NCBI GenBank assembly: GCA_019750255.1
Contig: JAIEOU010000001.1
Location: forward strand, 36,006 to 100,005
Source of the DNA: Patescibacteria group bacterium
GTDB lineage: Bacteria > Patescibacteriota > Minisyncoccia > Phycocordibacterales > UBA918
DNA length: 64,000 bases
Direction: 5' to 3'
Part shown: positions 47,773 through 57,529 of the stretch, in pieces
Layout of the letters: every line of letters begins with the position of its first letter
Numbering within the stretch: the first letter of the stretch is position 1
The notes under the pieces: model-generated
What the model was told of the DNA's origin: nothing
Databases searched by the model: none
The model's input: only the letters and a program-made list of their open reading frames with translations
Made by a program: the position numbers and the translations under genes

Positions 47773-48498
47773 ATGAAACTTTCCATTGTTGTCCCTTGTT
47801 ATAACGAGGGCGAGAACGTAAATAAAGTGCTCGCGGCGTACGATCACGTCATTACCCGCGACGACATCGAAGTTCTGCTCGTTAATAACGGCTCCACCGA
47901 TGAAACCGCCCATGTACTAGAGCGACTACTTCCCCAATACAGTCGCTTTCTAAAAATCGTGACCGTGCCTGTTAACCAGGGCTATGGGTACGGTATCCTT
48001 TCTGGTCTACGAGCTGCGTGTGGTGAATTTGTCGGGTGGACGCATGGAGACCTCCAGACCCCGCCAGGAGATGTCGTGCGAGCGCTCGAGATAATCGAGA
48101 AAAATGGCAGAGCTTCGAATCTATATGTAAAAGGAAAGCGAATAGGTAGACCATTATTTGATCAATTCTTTACCTTTGGCATGAGTATCTTCGAAAGCGC
48201 CTACCTCGGGAGTCGCTTTTACGATATCAACGCCCAACCTAACATATTCCACAAAGACTTTTTTGCTACATGGGAAAATCCACCACACGATTTTGCCCTT
48301 GACCTATATGTCTACTACCAAGCACGCAAACAAAGACTAAACCTACTCCGCTTTACCGTACCATTTCTTAAGCGGCAACACGGGACCTCCTCTTGGAACA
48401 CGGGATTAAAAAGTAAATGGAAGTTCATCAAACGCACCCTACAATTTAGTGTAGAGCTCAAGCGACGCCTCAATCATACGAATGTACCACGCCCTTAA
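47773..48498 (+). CDS. GT2 polyprenyl-phosphate sugar transferase (DPM1/GtrB/ArnC-like)
   Basis: 241 aa with LSIVVPCYNEGENV...VLLVNNGSTDET...GYGYGILSGL...GDLQTPPGD. Confidence 0.82.
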   Translation: MKLSIVVPCYNEGENVNKVLAAYDHVITRDDIEVLLVNNGSTDETAHVLERLLPQYSRFLKIVTVPVNQGYGYGILSGLRAACGEFVGWTHGDLQTPPGDVVRALEIIEKNGRASNLYVKGKRIGRPLFDQFFTFGMSIFESAYLGSRFYDINAQPNIFHKDFFATWENPPHDFALDLYVYYQARKQRLNLLRFTVPFLKRQHGTSSWNTGLKSKWKFIKRTLQFSVELKRRLNHTNVPRP

Positions 48499-49828
48499 TT
48501 CACTCTTCAAAAGAGCCCTTCCACACTGGATGTACCAGCGGCTCATTGGTGACTGGAATAAGGATGGCATTAAAAAATACTTCTCAAATACCGGGTGGAT
48601 GTTCGCGGCGCGCATCATCTCGCTCGTCATTTCTTTTCTTACGCTCGCCGTTGTCGCCCGTTACCTTGGTCCGGAAAACTACGGCAAGCTCAGCTACGCT
48701 CAGAGTTACGTAGCCATCTTTTCGGTTTTTGCTTCTCTTGGTATTGACCAGATTCTTCACCGCGAACTTGCCGCAGCACCCGAGCAGCGCGACACATTAC
48801 TCGGGACAGCCTTTTTAACCAAATTATTTTTCGGTTCAGTTACTTTTATCGCAGCGGTGACCGTGGGGGTATTCTTTCACAGTGACCCCATTCTCACCTG
48901 GCTCATCGCTCTTAATGCGCTCACCTTCATTATTCACCCCCTTGGTGTCATTTCGCTATTTTTTCAATCGCAGGTCAAAGCTAAGTACCCCTCACTAATT
49001 GCGATTGTCGTTGCATTTGTCATTCCTGCACTAAAGCTGCTCATCATTTATTTCGACCAGGGCCTACTGTATTTCGGGGCAGTGATTATTATTGAGGCCC
49101 TTATGTATGTCACCTTCTATGTGTACATTTATACCCACGTCTTTAAACTAAGTTTGTTCAACTGGACTTTTGAAACTAAGGAATTCTGGCGGCTATTCCA
49201 CTCCTCATGGCCACTCTTTACAGCAGGTTTGTCGGGATATATTTACGGCCGAATTGATCAGGTCATGTTGCAAAACATAATTAATTCAACAGCCGTGGGC
49301 CATTACGATGTAGCTGTACGCTTAACCGAACTACTGGGTTTTTTGCCCGGGGTCATTGTCGGCTCTACTTTACCGGCCCTTATCACCGCTCGAAAAATTA
49401 ACCCTGTCGAGTATCGTAAACGTCTACTCTCGCTCACCATTCTCTGTCTTTCTATTGCTGCATGTGCGGCGACCGTTCTCTTTTTACTCGCCCCTTTCAT
49501 TGTTCCCTTGCTATACGGTCCCCTTTTCCAAGAAACCGTCACCGTGATAAGAGTGTATGCCTGGTCAGCCATATTTGGCATTGCGGTTTTTCTGCTTAAT
49601 CAGTACTTGATTATCGAGCATCGTTCCCGTTCCTTTTTAGCGTATGCAGTGTTGGGAGCGGTCATAAACATTACGCTCAACTATCACTTAATTCCCCAGT
49701 TTGGCATGATTGGTGCGGCCTACGCGACTAATATTACGTTTATATCAATTATTATTTTCTTTTTGCTTCACTCAGCGTTCACGAGACATCGCACGCACAC
49801 AGCGACTGCTAACGGGTCTACACCATAG
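48482..49828 (+). CDS. Wzx-like oligosaccharide flippase (MOP superfamily)
   Basis: 448 aa with about 12 TM helices. The N-terminus resembles the polysaccharide biosynthesis (RfbX) family. An alternative start at 48527 is possible. Confidence 0.72.
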   Translation: MYHALNSLFKRALPHWMYQRLIGDWNKDGIKKYFSNTGWMFAARIISLVISFLTLAVVARYLGPENYGKLSYAQSYVAIFSVFASLGIDQILHRELAAAPEQRDTLLGTAFLTKLFFGSVTFIAAVTVGVFFHSDPILTWLIALNALTFIIHPLGVISLFFQSQVKAKYPSLIAIVVAFVIPALKLLIIYFDQGLLYFGAVIIIEALMYVTFYVYIYTHVFKLSLFNWTFETKEFWRLFHSSWPLFTAGLSGYIYGRIDQVMLQNIINSTAVGHYDVAVRLTELLGFLPGVIVGSTLPALITARKINPVEYRKRLLSLTILCLSIAACAATVLFLLAPFIVPLLYGPLFQETVTVIRVYAWSAIFGIAVFLLNQYLIIEHRSRSFLAYAVLGAVINITLNYHLIPQFGMIGAAYATNITFISIIIFFLLHSAFTRHRTHTATANGSTP

Positions 49829-49875
49829 ATATCACTGAAGCATCGTTTGTTCTCTATCAGTATAATGACCGTACC

Positions 49876-51015
49876 ATGGCTCGAAAAAAATTATTGCTCT
49901 ACAGTCGCCTCGCCTTTTACCCTATGCATTGGCAGGCCTTTGAAAAAATCTGTACTGCTCACGATCTTGAACCGCACATCATTACGACTGACTACATCGA
50001 TATTGCACCCGCCCACAAAATGCTGGGCTGGATTGACCCGAAGGCAGTAGCAGAGGCTGGTGGGTTTGCTCCCACGGTGCACTATGTATCGCAGGGTTCA
50101 GTATGGCATAAAGTATGGGCGATTTTTCGCCACTTACGGAACATAAAACCGGACCTGATTTGGGCACAAGAAGAACCCACTAATTCTTTTTTGTTTCCGC
50201 TCCTTTTGTACTACCAGTGGAACCGTCATCCGAGGATTGTCGCCGCTACGTGCGAAAATATTTTCTCATTTAGCCGCGCGCGTCGCCTCGTCCACACAAT
50301 CATTCTGGCCCGATTATGGAGACGCATTGATGCGCTCCTAGCCTCTGCCTCCCCATCCATTGAAGCCATCCGTGCCATCGGTATGTCTTCCCACATCCCT
50401 ACTGTCCCTCTCGTCGCCGGTTGTTTATCGCCTTCGACCACCCCCGCTGCCATCCAGACCACACTCCGTACCGATGAAACGGTAGTAGTGTTTGGCTACG
50501 TGGGTCGTCTCTGTGAAGAGAAGGGCTGGAAGGTGATTATCGCTGCCCTAAGACAACTTCCACCGCACATAAAGTTACTTATGGCTGCTGACGGCCTACA
50601 AAGAGCTGGGCTTGACGCTTTCCTGGTGGAACCAGCATTAACTGGCCGCATACAGAATCTTGGCTTTATTCCCAAGGCTGAACTATGGAATGCCTACCAA
50701 GCGATGGATTGTTTAATCGTGCCCTCAATCACCACTGCCACCTGGAAGGAACAATTCGGTGGCGTCCTTACGGATGCCATGGTCAGTGGAATACCATTAA
50801 TCGGATCAAGTAGTGGAGCAATTCCCGAAGTCACCGGGCCGGCGGGGATTATCGTTCCCGAAAATGACCCTACAGAGCTTGCAAAGGCCATGACATTACT
50901 CGCGGGCGATAGTGCCTTACGCACAAAATTAGGAACCATTGGCAAGGACCGCTTTGCGACAGAATTTTCTGTTCCGGCCTACGCGCGTAAAGTTGCCGCT
51001 AGTCTGTTAAAATAA
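49876..51015 (+). CDS. GT4-family (GT-B) glycosyltransferase
   Basis: 379 aa. Its C-terminal domain has VVVFGYVGRLCEEKGW...LIVPS...E.FGGVLTDAMVSGIPLIGSSSGAIPEV. Confidence 0.8.
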   Translation: MARKKLLLYSRLAFYPMHWQAFEKICTAHDLEPHIITTDYIDIAPAHKMLGWIDPKAVAEAGGFAPTVHYVSQGSVWHKVWAIFRHLRNIKPDLIWAQEEPTNSFLFPLLLYYQWNRHPRIVAATCENIFSFSRARRLVHTIILARLWRRIDALLASASPSIEAIRAIGMSSHIPTVPLVAGCLSPSTTPAAIQTTLRTDETVVVFGYVGRLCEEKGWKVIIAALRQLPPHIKLLMAADGLQRAGLDAFLVEPALTGRIQNLGFIPKAELWNAYQAMDCLIVPSITTATWKEQFGGVLTDAMVSGIPLIGSSSGAIPEVTGPAGIIVPENDPTELAKAMTLLAGDSALRTKLGTIGKDRFATEFSVPAYARKVAASLLK

Positions 51016-51023
51016 TCACCACT

Positions 51024-52025
51024 ATGCACCCTTCATTTCTTCCGTTACTGTGTTGTCCAAAGTCGGGTAGTGACCTTTCACTCTCAGGTGAACAGCTCGA
51101 CACTGCCGGCTTGATTGTGTCGGGGACACTCAAGAGTGCTGACGGCACCACGTACCCGATTGTAGCGGGGGTGCCGCGCTTTGTTTCCACCGAAGACTAT
51201 TCCGAAAGTTTTGGGTATGAATGGCAACGCTGGTCACGAGTCCAGTTTGAATCAGAAAATGTCGGTACACGTATGACTGGGCACACCACGCGGATGTTTG
51301 ATATGGTAACCGGCTTTACGGCAGACAAAATCGCCGGGAAAACGGTAGTAGAATTTGGGTGCGGGCCAGGGCGTTTTATTGATGTAGTAGCACGTAGAGG
51401 GGGCCGAGCCGTAGGCCTTGAGCTCAGTAGCGCGGCCGATGTCGCACGAAAAAACTTTGCTGGGAATAGTAACGTGTGTATTGTTCAGGGGGACATTCTT
51501 AATCCGCCTTTTAAGTCAGGTGCGTTTGATTTTGGCTACACGATTGGCGTACTTCATCACACCCCGTCTCCCGATACTGGCTTACAGAAGCTTGTGAGCA
51601 CAGTGAAGTCGGGGGGAACAATTGCGTGCTGTGTCTACGAATCCACCGGCGGACGCGGCCTTTATGACTCTCCTGCCGTGCTCGCCTACCGGCGCTTTTT
51701 CAACTCTCTCTCATCGCACTGGCGGCACACCCTCGCTCGCTGGTATGCCTTTTTCTCTGCCTATGTTCTATACGTGTTTTTTGCGCCCGCTATGCGCATC
51801 CCCGGACTGTCGGTCATAGCGGGCTGGCTCAGTGCCCAGGTCTTTCCCGGCGTGTACTACCTGCGCGATGCTCGCTGGCGTGTGCTCGATACGTTCGACG
51901 CCATCACCCCGCACTACGCCACCACGCACACCAAAGAGGAGGTAGTGGACTGGTTTACTAAAGCCCACTGTAGCGACATCAAACAAAGTCCGTTTGGCAG
52001 CACGTCGTTAACCGCCGTCAAGTAA
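51024..52025 (+). CDS. class I SAM-dependent methyltransferase with an N-terminal Trm112-like zinc ribbon
   Basis: LLCCPKSGSDL (Trm112-like) is followed by VVEFGCGPGRF...GDILNPPFKSGAFDF. Confidence 0.72.
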   Translation: MHPSFLPLLCCPKSGSDLSLSGEQLDTAGLIVSGTLKSADGTTYPIVAGVPRFVSTEDYSESFGYEWQRWSRVQFESENVGTRMTGHTTRMFDMVTGFTADKIAGKTVVEFGCGPGRFIDVVARRGGRAVGLELSSAADVARKNFAGNSNVCIVQGDILNPPFKSGAFDFGYTIGVLHHTPSPDTGLQKLVSTVKSGGTIACCVYESTGGRGLYDSPAVLAYRRFFNSLSSHWRHTLARWYAFFSAYVLYVFFAPAMRIPGLSVIAGWLSAQVFPGVYYLRDARWRVLDTFDAITPHYATTHTKEEVVDWFTKAHCSDIKQSPFGSTSLTAVK

Positions 52026-52030
52026 CTGTT

Positions 52031-53869
52031 ATGTGCGGTATCGCTGGAATCGTCGCCCCACAAGCCGCAGAGTTGCAACCTCATGTTCATAAGATGGTGG
52101 GTGGTCTTCTCCATCGTGGACCGGACGAACGGGGCGTCTACTCCTTTACTAACTGCAGTCTCGGCCACACAAGACTCGCAGTCGTCGACCTTGGCAGTGG
52201 ACAGCAGCCAATGCTCGCGGGTCACAGGAAGCATGGCATTGTCTTTAACGGCGAAATTTACGGGTACCTGAAACTGAAGAACCAACTTCCGAACTATTCA
52301 TTTACCACCTCATCTGACACAGAGCTTATTCTCGCTCTCTATGCACAACACGGTCAGCAGCTTCTTACGCATCTTCCCGGCATGTTTGCGTTTGCACTGT
52401 GGGACGAACAGAAGCAGGAGCTCTTTTGTGCCCGCGACCGCTTTGGCGAAAAGCCCTTCTATTACGCGATAGGAAAGAATGGTGAGTTTGTCTTCGCGTC
52501 TGAAATTAAAGCAATTATTGCCTCTGGGCTCATAACGCCAAAACTCAATCACACTGCTATCGCACACTATTTACAGCACCTGTATATTGGTCCCTACGAA
52601 ACGGTGTATACAAATATTTTTACTCTTCCTCCCGCGCACTCCTTAGTCCTTCGGGGTGGTGAGGTGACAATCAATCGCTACTGGAATTTTCCCTTAATTA
52701 ACGAGCAGATCTCCCTTAGCGAGGCGACCAGTACCTTTCAATCTTTATTTAAGTCAGCAGTATCTTCACAATTAGTGGCCGATGTGCCGGTCGGTGCCTT
52801 TCTTAGTGGCGGACTTGATTCGAGTACCGTCGTGGCCGCCGCCCGTGATTCGGTAGCAACACTTAAAACGTTTTCGTTCAGCTTTGAAGACTCTATAAAT
52901 GAATTACCCTACGCCAGAGAAATTGCCAAAAAATACCATACTGATCACACCGAGCTTTCTGACAATCAGTACGATATTGCAGACCTCATCGTAAAAATGG
53001 GCAGCGTGTTTGATGAACCGTTTGCTGACTCATCAAATATTCCCACCTACCTTATTTCTAAACTGGCAAAGGAGCATGTCACTGTGGTACTTACTGGGGA
53101 TGGTGGTGACGAACTGCTTGGTGGGTATACGGGTTGGTATCAACCCCTCCTTTCAGCGCAGTCAAACACCCCGCCACTTTCATCAGCTCTCACGATGCTC
53201 GGAAGACAACTCTTTCGAGTCGCCAATAAACTCCGGCTTCCGTACAGAAGCGAACTTGGTAACCGCCTAGCCGGTGAACAGATTAAGCAGCAGCAACACC
53301 CCTCACTACTCGCCGCCCACAGTGCGCAAACTAGCTATTTCAGCGATGTTGAATTAAGCACACTACTACTCGAGCCATACACCACTGTTCCCTACCGACC
53401 ACACTGGCAGACCAATAATTCTCTTGATGATGTGCTTCGGATGGACGTCGACACCTACATGCCTGGAGATATCCTCACAAAAATCGACCGGGCTGCGATG
53501 GCACATGGCCTCGAGTTACGTGCACCCTTCCTCGATCGCGACCTGGCTGAGTTTTGTCTTAGTATTCCGTACCGACTTAAAGTATCAGCCTCAGAGGATA
53601 AAATAGTGCTGCGTCGCGCCTTTGAAGACGCCTGGACCGACTCAATTCGGAAACGAAAAAAGCAAGGGTTTGGGGCACCTGTCGACAAATGGCTCACGTT
53701 ACCCAAAGTACAAGAGCTAAAATCTCACTACCTTCATGACAAAAACCGCGCCTTGTACAAACTCGTGTCCTACGAGGCATGCAAACCATACCTAACCGCT
53801 AACACCTACCAGACGTGGGTGCTCCTCACGCTTAGCATCTGGCTTGAAGAGCAAAAGATTTCTCTCTAG
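52031..53869 (+). CDS. asnB: asparagine synthase (glutamine-hydrolysing) family amidotransferase
   Basis: 612 aa with an MCGIAG... N-terminal nucleophile domain and the PP-loop SGGLDSS. Confidence 0.85.
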   Translation: MCGIAGIVAPQAAELQPHVHKMVGGLLHRGPDERGVYSFTNCSLGHTRLAVVDLGSGQQPMLAGHRKHGIVFNGEIYGYLKLKNQLPNYSFTTSSDTELILALYAQHGQQLLTHLPGMFAFALWDEQKQELFCARDRFGEKPFYYAIGKNGEFVFASEIKAIIASGLITPKLNHTAIAHYLQHLYIGPYETVYTNIFTLPPAHSLVLRGGEVTINRYWNFPLINEQISLSEATSTFQSLFKSAVSSQLVADVPVGAFLSGGLDSSTVVAAARDSVATLKTFSFSFEDSINELPYAREIAKKYHTDHTELSDNQYDIADLIVKMGSVFDEPFADSSNIPTYLISKLAKEHVTVVLTGDGGDELLGGYTGWYQPLLSAQSNTPPLSSALTMLGRQLFRVANKLRLPYRSELGNRLAGEQIKQQQHPSLLAAHSAQTSYFSDVELSTLLLEPYTTVPYRPHWQTNNSLDDVLRMDVDTYMPGDILTKIDRAAMAHGLELRAPFLDRDLAEFCLSIPYRLKVSASEDKIVLRRAFEDAWTDSIRKRKKQGFGAPVDKWLTLPKVQELKSHYLHDKNRALYKLVSYEACKPYLTANTYQTWVLLTLSIWLEEQKISL

Positions 53870-53882
53870 TGAGTGTACTACC

Positions 53883-54908
53883 ATGACCCAGTCAACAACT
53901 GTTTCGATTGTGATGTCTGTCTATAATGGCGCGCCCTTTTTGCGCGAGGCCATTGATAGCATGCTCTGCCAAACGTTTAATGATTTTGAATTTATTATCA
54001 TTAATGATGGTTCAACTGACAATAGCGAGAGTATTATTCAAAGCTACGACGACCCCCGCATCCGCTACGTGCGCCAAGAAAATAATGGTGGTCTCGCCGC
54101 CGCCCTAAACCTTGGGCTTAGCGTGGCGACCGGTACCTATATTGCGCGCATGGACGCCGACGGTATAAGTCACCCTAACCGACTCGAAGCACAAGTAGCG
54201 TTTCTAAATACCAATACACACATAGGCGTCGTCGGGACTTGGGCCCACACGTTTGGGGACGGGGCACATCTCTGGAAAAATCCAACGTCACCTGCCGAAA
54301 TTGCTGCTCGCATGTTATTTTCGTGCTGTCTTCTTCACCCGACAGTGATGATACGTGCCGCCGTTTTGAAAGCCGCCAACATCCGCTACGATGAATCACT
54401 TCTTAGCGGACAAGATTATGAGCTTTGGGCAGCCTTGCTTCCACTCACCCAGTTCGCCAACCTGCCAAAAGTTCTCTTGCACTACCGCTTAAGCCAGAAC
54501 ACCACCAGTGCAATGAGACGGGCTGAGCAACTTGCCAATACCTGGAGCACGCAAGCCACCCTGCTTGCGGCACTCAACCTACCCATCAGTGGAATAGCCA
54601 AACGTCTCCATACCGAACCGGCTCCGCAGGATGCAACCGCCCGCGCCTTATTCTTAGCCGAGAAAGCCACTTGGCTGATGCAGATCACAGCAGCAAACAG
54701 CTCGCACAAACTCTTTAGTGAACCTGCCTTACAAAAAGTCTTACATTCCGTTTGGTTCGAAACCTGTACGCACCCACCCCTTTCGTTTCGCTCACTGCAT
54801 ACGTGCCTTTGTCACCCACTTTTTATCACCTCCCCCCGCTCGGTGGTAAAGGTTATTGTGGTAATAGTAAAAAATGTATTACATCCCTCTTTTCTCAGAC
54901 GAAAATAA
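53883..54908 (+). CDS. GT2 glycosyltransferase
   Basis: VSIVMSVYNGAPFLREAIDSMLCQTFNDFEFIIINDGSTDNS...ARMDADGISHPNRL. Confidence 0.85.
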   Translation: MTQSTTVSIVMSVYNGAPFLREAIDSMLCQTFNDFEFIIINDGSTDNSESIIQSYDDPRIRYVRQENNGGLAAALNLGLSVATGTYIARMDADGISHPNRLEAQVAFLNTNTHIGVVGTWAHTFGDGAHLWKNPTSPAEIAARMLFSCCLLHPTVMIRAAVLKAANIRYDESLLSGQDYELWAALLPLTQFANLPKVLLHYRLSQNTTSAMRRAEQLANTWSTQATLLAALNLPISGIAKRLHTEPAPQDATARALFLAEKATWLMQITAANSSHKLFSEPALQKVLHSVWFETCTHPPLSFRSLHTCLCHPLFITSPRSVVKVIVVIVKNVLHPSFLRRK

Positions 54909-54937
54909 AAAAAAGCAGGACGCACCGAAGTGCGCCC
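54902..54937 (-). terminator. intrinsic terminator of the radical SAM gene
   Basis: On the minus strand, ggggcgcac-ttcg-gtgcgtcc is followed by tgcttttttttattttc, 12 nt after the TGA stop. Confidence 0.6.
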
Positions 54938-54948
54938 CGTAGTTTACG

Positions 54949-56457
54949 TCACAGAACGAGAACTCCACTCGACCGCAGAATTGTGGTCGGCAGAGACGTC
55001 TGCCCCATTGAGTGCTCGTACCGCTGAGCGGCCGCGCTCGGGTTAAACGGGATCCCGAGCTTTTTCCGGAGCGACGTTTCGAGACGATCACGCTCCGCCA
55101 CGAGCTCTTCGCGCGTGAGATTATCGGTCCAGACGTGAGAAACATAACCGCCGTCGGGATTGCCTTTGTAGTAATCAGCCTCCTTCAGGTAATCAATCTC
55201 TTCTTGAAGCAGTCGGTCGCCGTTCCGCTTGTACGTATACGCGTAGTGACCCTTTTCAGGATCAACGCACACCGCCTCATCGTAGTACGGCGATCCCGGA
55301 TACGGAGTGATGATGGTGACATCGAAGTCATCAGGAGCAATGTCAAGCAACCACTGTTCCGTTTCGCGAATGGTCTCATGTGATTCACCGGGGTGACCAA
55401 TAGACATCAAGGCTTTCACCTTGAGGCCGGCGGCGCGCGCAATCTCCACGCACCGACTATTCGCCTCCTGGGTAGCAATCTTCTGGATATTCTCCAAGAT
55501 GCGCGGCGAACCACTCTCAAAGCCAGTGAGTAGCCACCGAAACCCGGCTTCGTACATGGCCTCTGCCTGCGCGGGAGTGAAGAGTTCAGCCTTTACAAAG
55601 CCGCGCAGTTTCCACTCGACGCCGAGGTCTCGCTGAGCCTTCGTGATTGCCCGCATGAGCTCGACCATGGTCTTGCTGACATTGAGTTCGTCATCATAGA
55701 ACATGAATCCGCGGAAGCCGTAGGCCTGGTACAGATGAACCATCTCGGCCACGATACATTCCGTCGACCGCGTGCGAATGCGTCGCAGGCTGGGTGACAG
55801 TCGACCAGCGCAGAAACCACACTTAAATGGACAGCCAAGCTGCGCAATCAGCGAGGTGGCGGGCACCCCGTCAATCGTGTAGCGATAGCTGCCGAAGTCG
55901 AGCAGGTGACGCGCCGGAAGGGGTAGCTCCCCGAGACGGGCATTCGTCAAAAACATGGGCGACTTCGGATCATCGGCATCAACGACAAATTCGTTCGTCG
56001 TAAGTGCCTGCTCGACCGCATCCTCGCCATCGCCCGCCACCAGTACATCAAAGTACTTGGTAAGCTGAGACACGGCACGATGTGCCCGGCCGGAGACACC
56101 ATTTTTCGCCTCCATTTTCTTGGCTGCGACGGCCAGGGTTCCGTGAGGACCACCGAGGATTATACGAGTCGTTGGGCGCAGACGGCGAATCGTTTCCGCC
56201 ACTTCGCGGGCAGCAGGAATTTGCGGAGTCGTAGCCGAAATTCCGATGTGCCGGCTGTCGTGTTGACTCAGATACTGGGCCAGGATCTCCGTGAAGTTCG
56301 AGAAGCCAGACAGATCAAGGAGATCAACTCCGTAGCCCTTCTGTTCAAGCACTGCGGCAACCCGAAGGATACCGAGTGGTGGAAAGACTCGCTCATCGAG
56401 CAAGAAAGGCGAAGGTGGATTAATCAGGGTGACGTGGGCGGGCCGCGATTTGGTCAT
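54949..56457 (-). CDS. B12-binding radical SAM protein (class B radical SAM family)
   Basis: The N-terminal cobalamin-binding domain (LINPPSP...PLGILRVAAVLEQKGY) is followed by the CPFKCGFC CxxxCxxC motif. The start was taken at MTKSRPAH; the ORF track extends to 56562. Confidence 0.82.
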   Translation of the reverse strand: MTKSRPAHVTLINPPSPFLLDERVFPPLGILRVAAVLEQKGYGVDLLDLSGFSNFTEILAQYLSQHDSRHIGISATTPQIPAAREVAETIRRLRPTTRIILGGPHGTLAVAAKKMEAKNGVSGRAHRAVSQLTKYFDVLVAGDGEDAVEQALTTNEFVVDADDPKSPMFLTNARLGELPLPARHLLDFGSYRYTIDGVPATSLIAQLGCPFKCGFCAGRLSPSLRRIRTRSTECIVAEMVHLYQAYGFRGFMFYDDELNVSKTMVELMRAITKAQRDLGVEWKLRGFVKAELFTPAQAEAMYEAGFRWLLTGFESGSPRILENIQKIATQEANSRCVEIARAAGLKVKALMSIGHPGESHETIRETEQWLLDIAPDDFDVTIITPYPGSPYYDEAVCVDPEKGHYAYTYKRNGDRLLQEEIDYLKEADYYKGNPDGGYVSHVWTDNLTREELVAERDRLETSLRKKLGIPFNPSAAAQRYEHSMGQTSLPTTILRSSGVLVL

Positions 56458-56776
56458 GGGTGTGCTCCATCTGTTCAGGGTGTAAATGAACGTCCACCAG
56501 GACTTTACCGTACATTTTCTACAATGACAATTCACAGGTCTTTGACTGTGAGACTTTTTCACACCCTACCATGTAGACGGTAACCCAATGTCTAAAAAAT
56601 TCACTGGAGGATACGCAATTTCAGAACTGGAGTACCTCAACACCTTTCAGCACTCAACTAAATGTGTGTCAAGTTCACGCTCTGGCCACCAAACGTTAAT
56701 TATTCATTAATACGCCTTTGCGTAAATGATATATACTGAGACTTAATCCAGGGCAGCCCATAATTCACTACGCATC

Positions 56777-57529
56777 ATGACAACTTTGTACGAAGCGAGC
56801 AAGCTATTCCTTCAGGAACCGAAATCGTCCTATAAAAAAATTGCGCCTTTTTTACTTAGTAAACTCCTCCGCATTCGCAGGAACTGTGCGGAGATGATTG
56901 GCCTTGATTGGTATTCGAAACCCTACCCCGGGCACCAAAAACTCACTACATATCTAAACTACCAGAATGGTACCTACGTGGTGTGCGGTGCCAATGACGG
57001 GTATATGGTTGATCCGACTTATTACCTCGATAAATTTCAAGGGTGGAAAGGCGTTCTGATTGAACCTCTTCCAAAAGCCCTGCGCGAACTCAATCGAAAC
57101 CGTCCGAACAACATTGTCTTTGGGGTGGCGTGCGTACCAGAGAACTACAAAGATACGAGCATCACCATTTACGACGTCAATGCCATGTCCTTAACGCATC
57201 TATCAAAACTAAATGTCGATAACTGGGTTCAGCAAGGTGAAAAGGCGCAAAATATAATCGCAAAAAAAATCGATGTGCAGGCTCGCTCACTTTCTTCATT
57301 ATTACAGGAAGCGCAGCTGAAGAACGATTTTGACTTACTGGTGATTGATATTGAGGGCGCCGAAGAGTCCATTCTTAGAGATTTTGATTTCACCGTCTAC
57401 CACCCCACATTTCTACTCATTGAAATCGAAAATGAAAACGCCAAAGCAGAGATCGACACGATACTTTCTCCCTTTTACCGCTATTGCGAGATGGTAGGTG
57501 ACTCAGATTACCTGTACAAGAGATCATGA
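56777..57529 (+). CDS. FkbM-family methyltransferase
   Basis: YVVCGANDGYMVD...LVIDIEGAEESIL. The TGA stop overlaps the next start (ATGA). Confidence 0.8.
   Translation: MTTLYEASKLFLQEPKSSYKKIAPFLLSKLLRIRRNCAEMIGLDWYSKPYPGHQKLTTYLNYQNGTYVVCGANDGYMVDPTYYLDKFQGWKGVLIEPLPKALRELNRNRPNNIVFGVACVPENYKDTSITIYDVNAMSLTHLSKLNVDNWVQQGEKAQNIIAKKIDVQARSLSSLLQEAQLKNDFDLLVIDIEGAEESILRDFDFTVYHPTFLLIEIENENAKAEIDTILSPFYRYCEMVGDSDYLYKRS

Noticed and set aside
47773-47790. TATACT hexamers immediately upstream of several start codons as evidence for leaderless transcripts
   Set aside because: Spacing to the start codon is inconsistent (0 to 40 nt) across occurrences, so no single promoter model fits without TSS data. 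Only the tRNA promoter and one extended -10 promoter are listed as low-confidence features.
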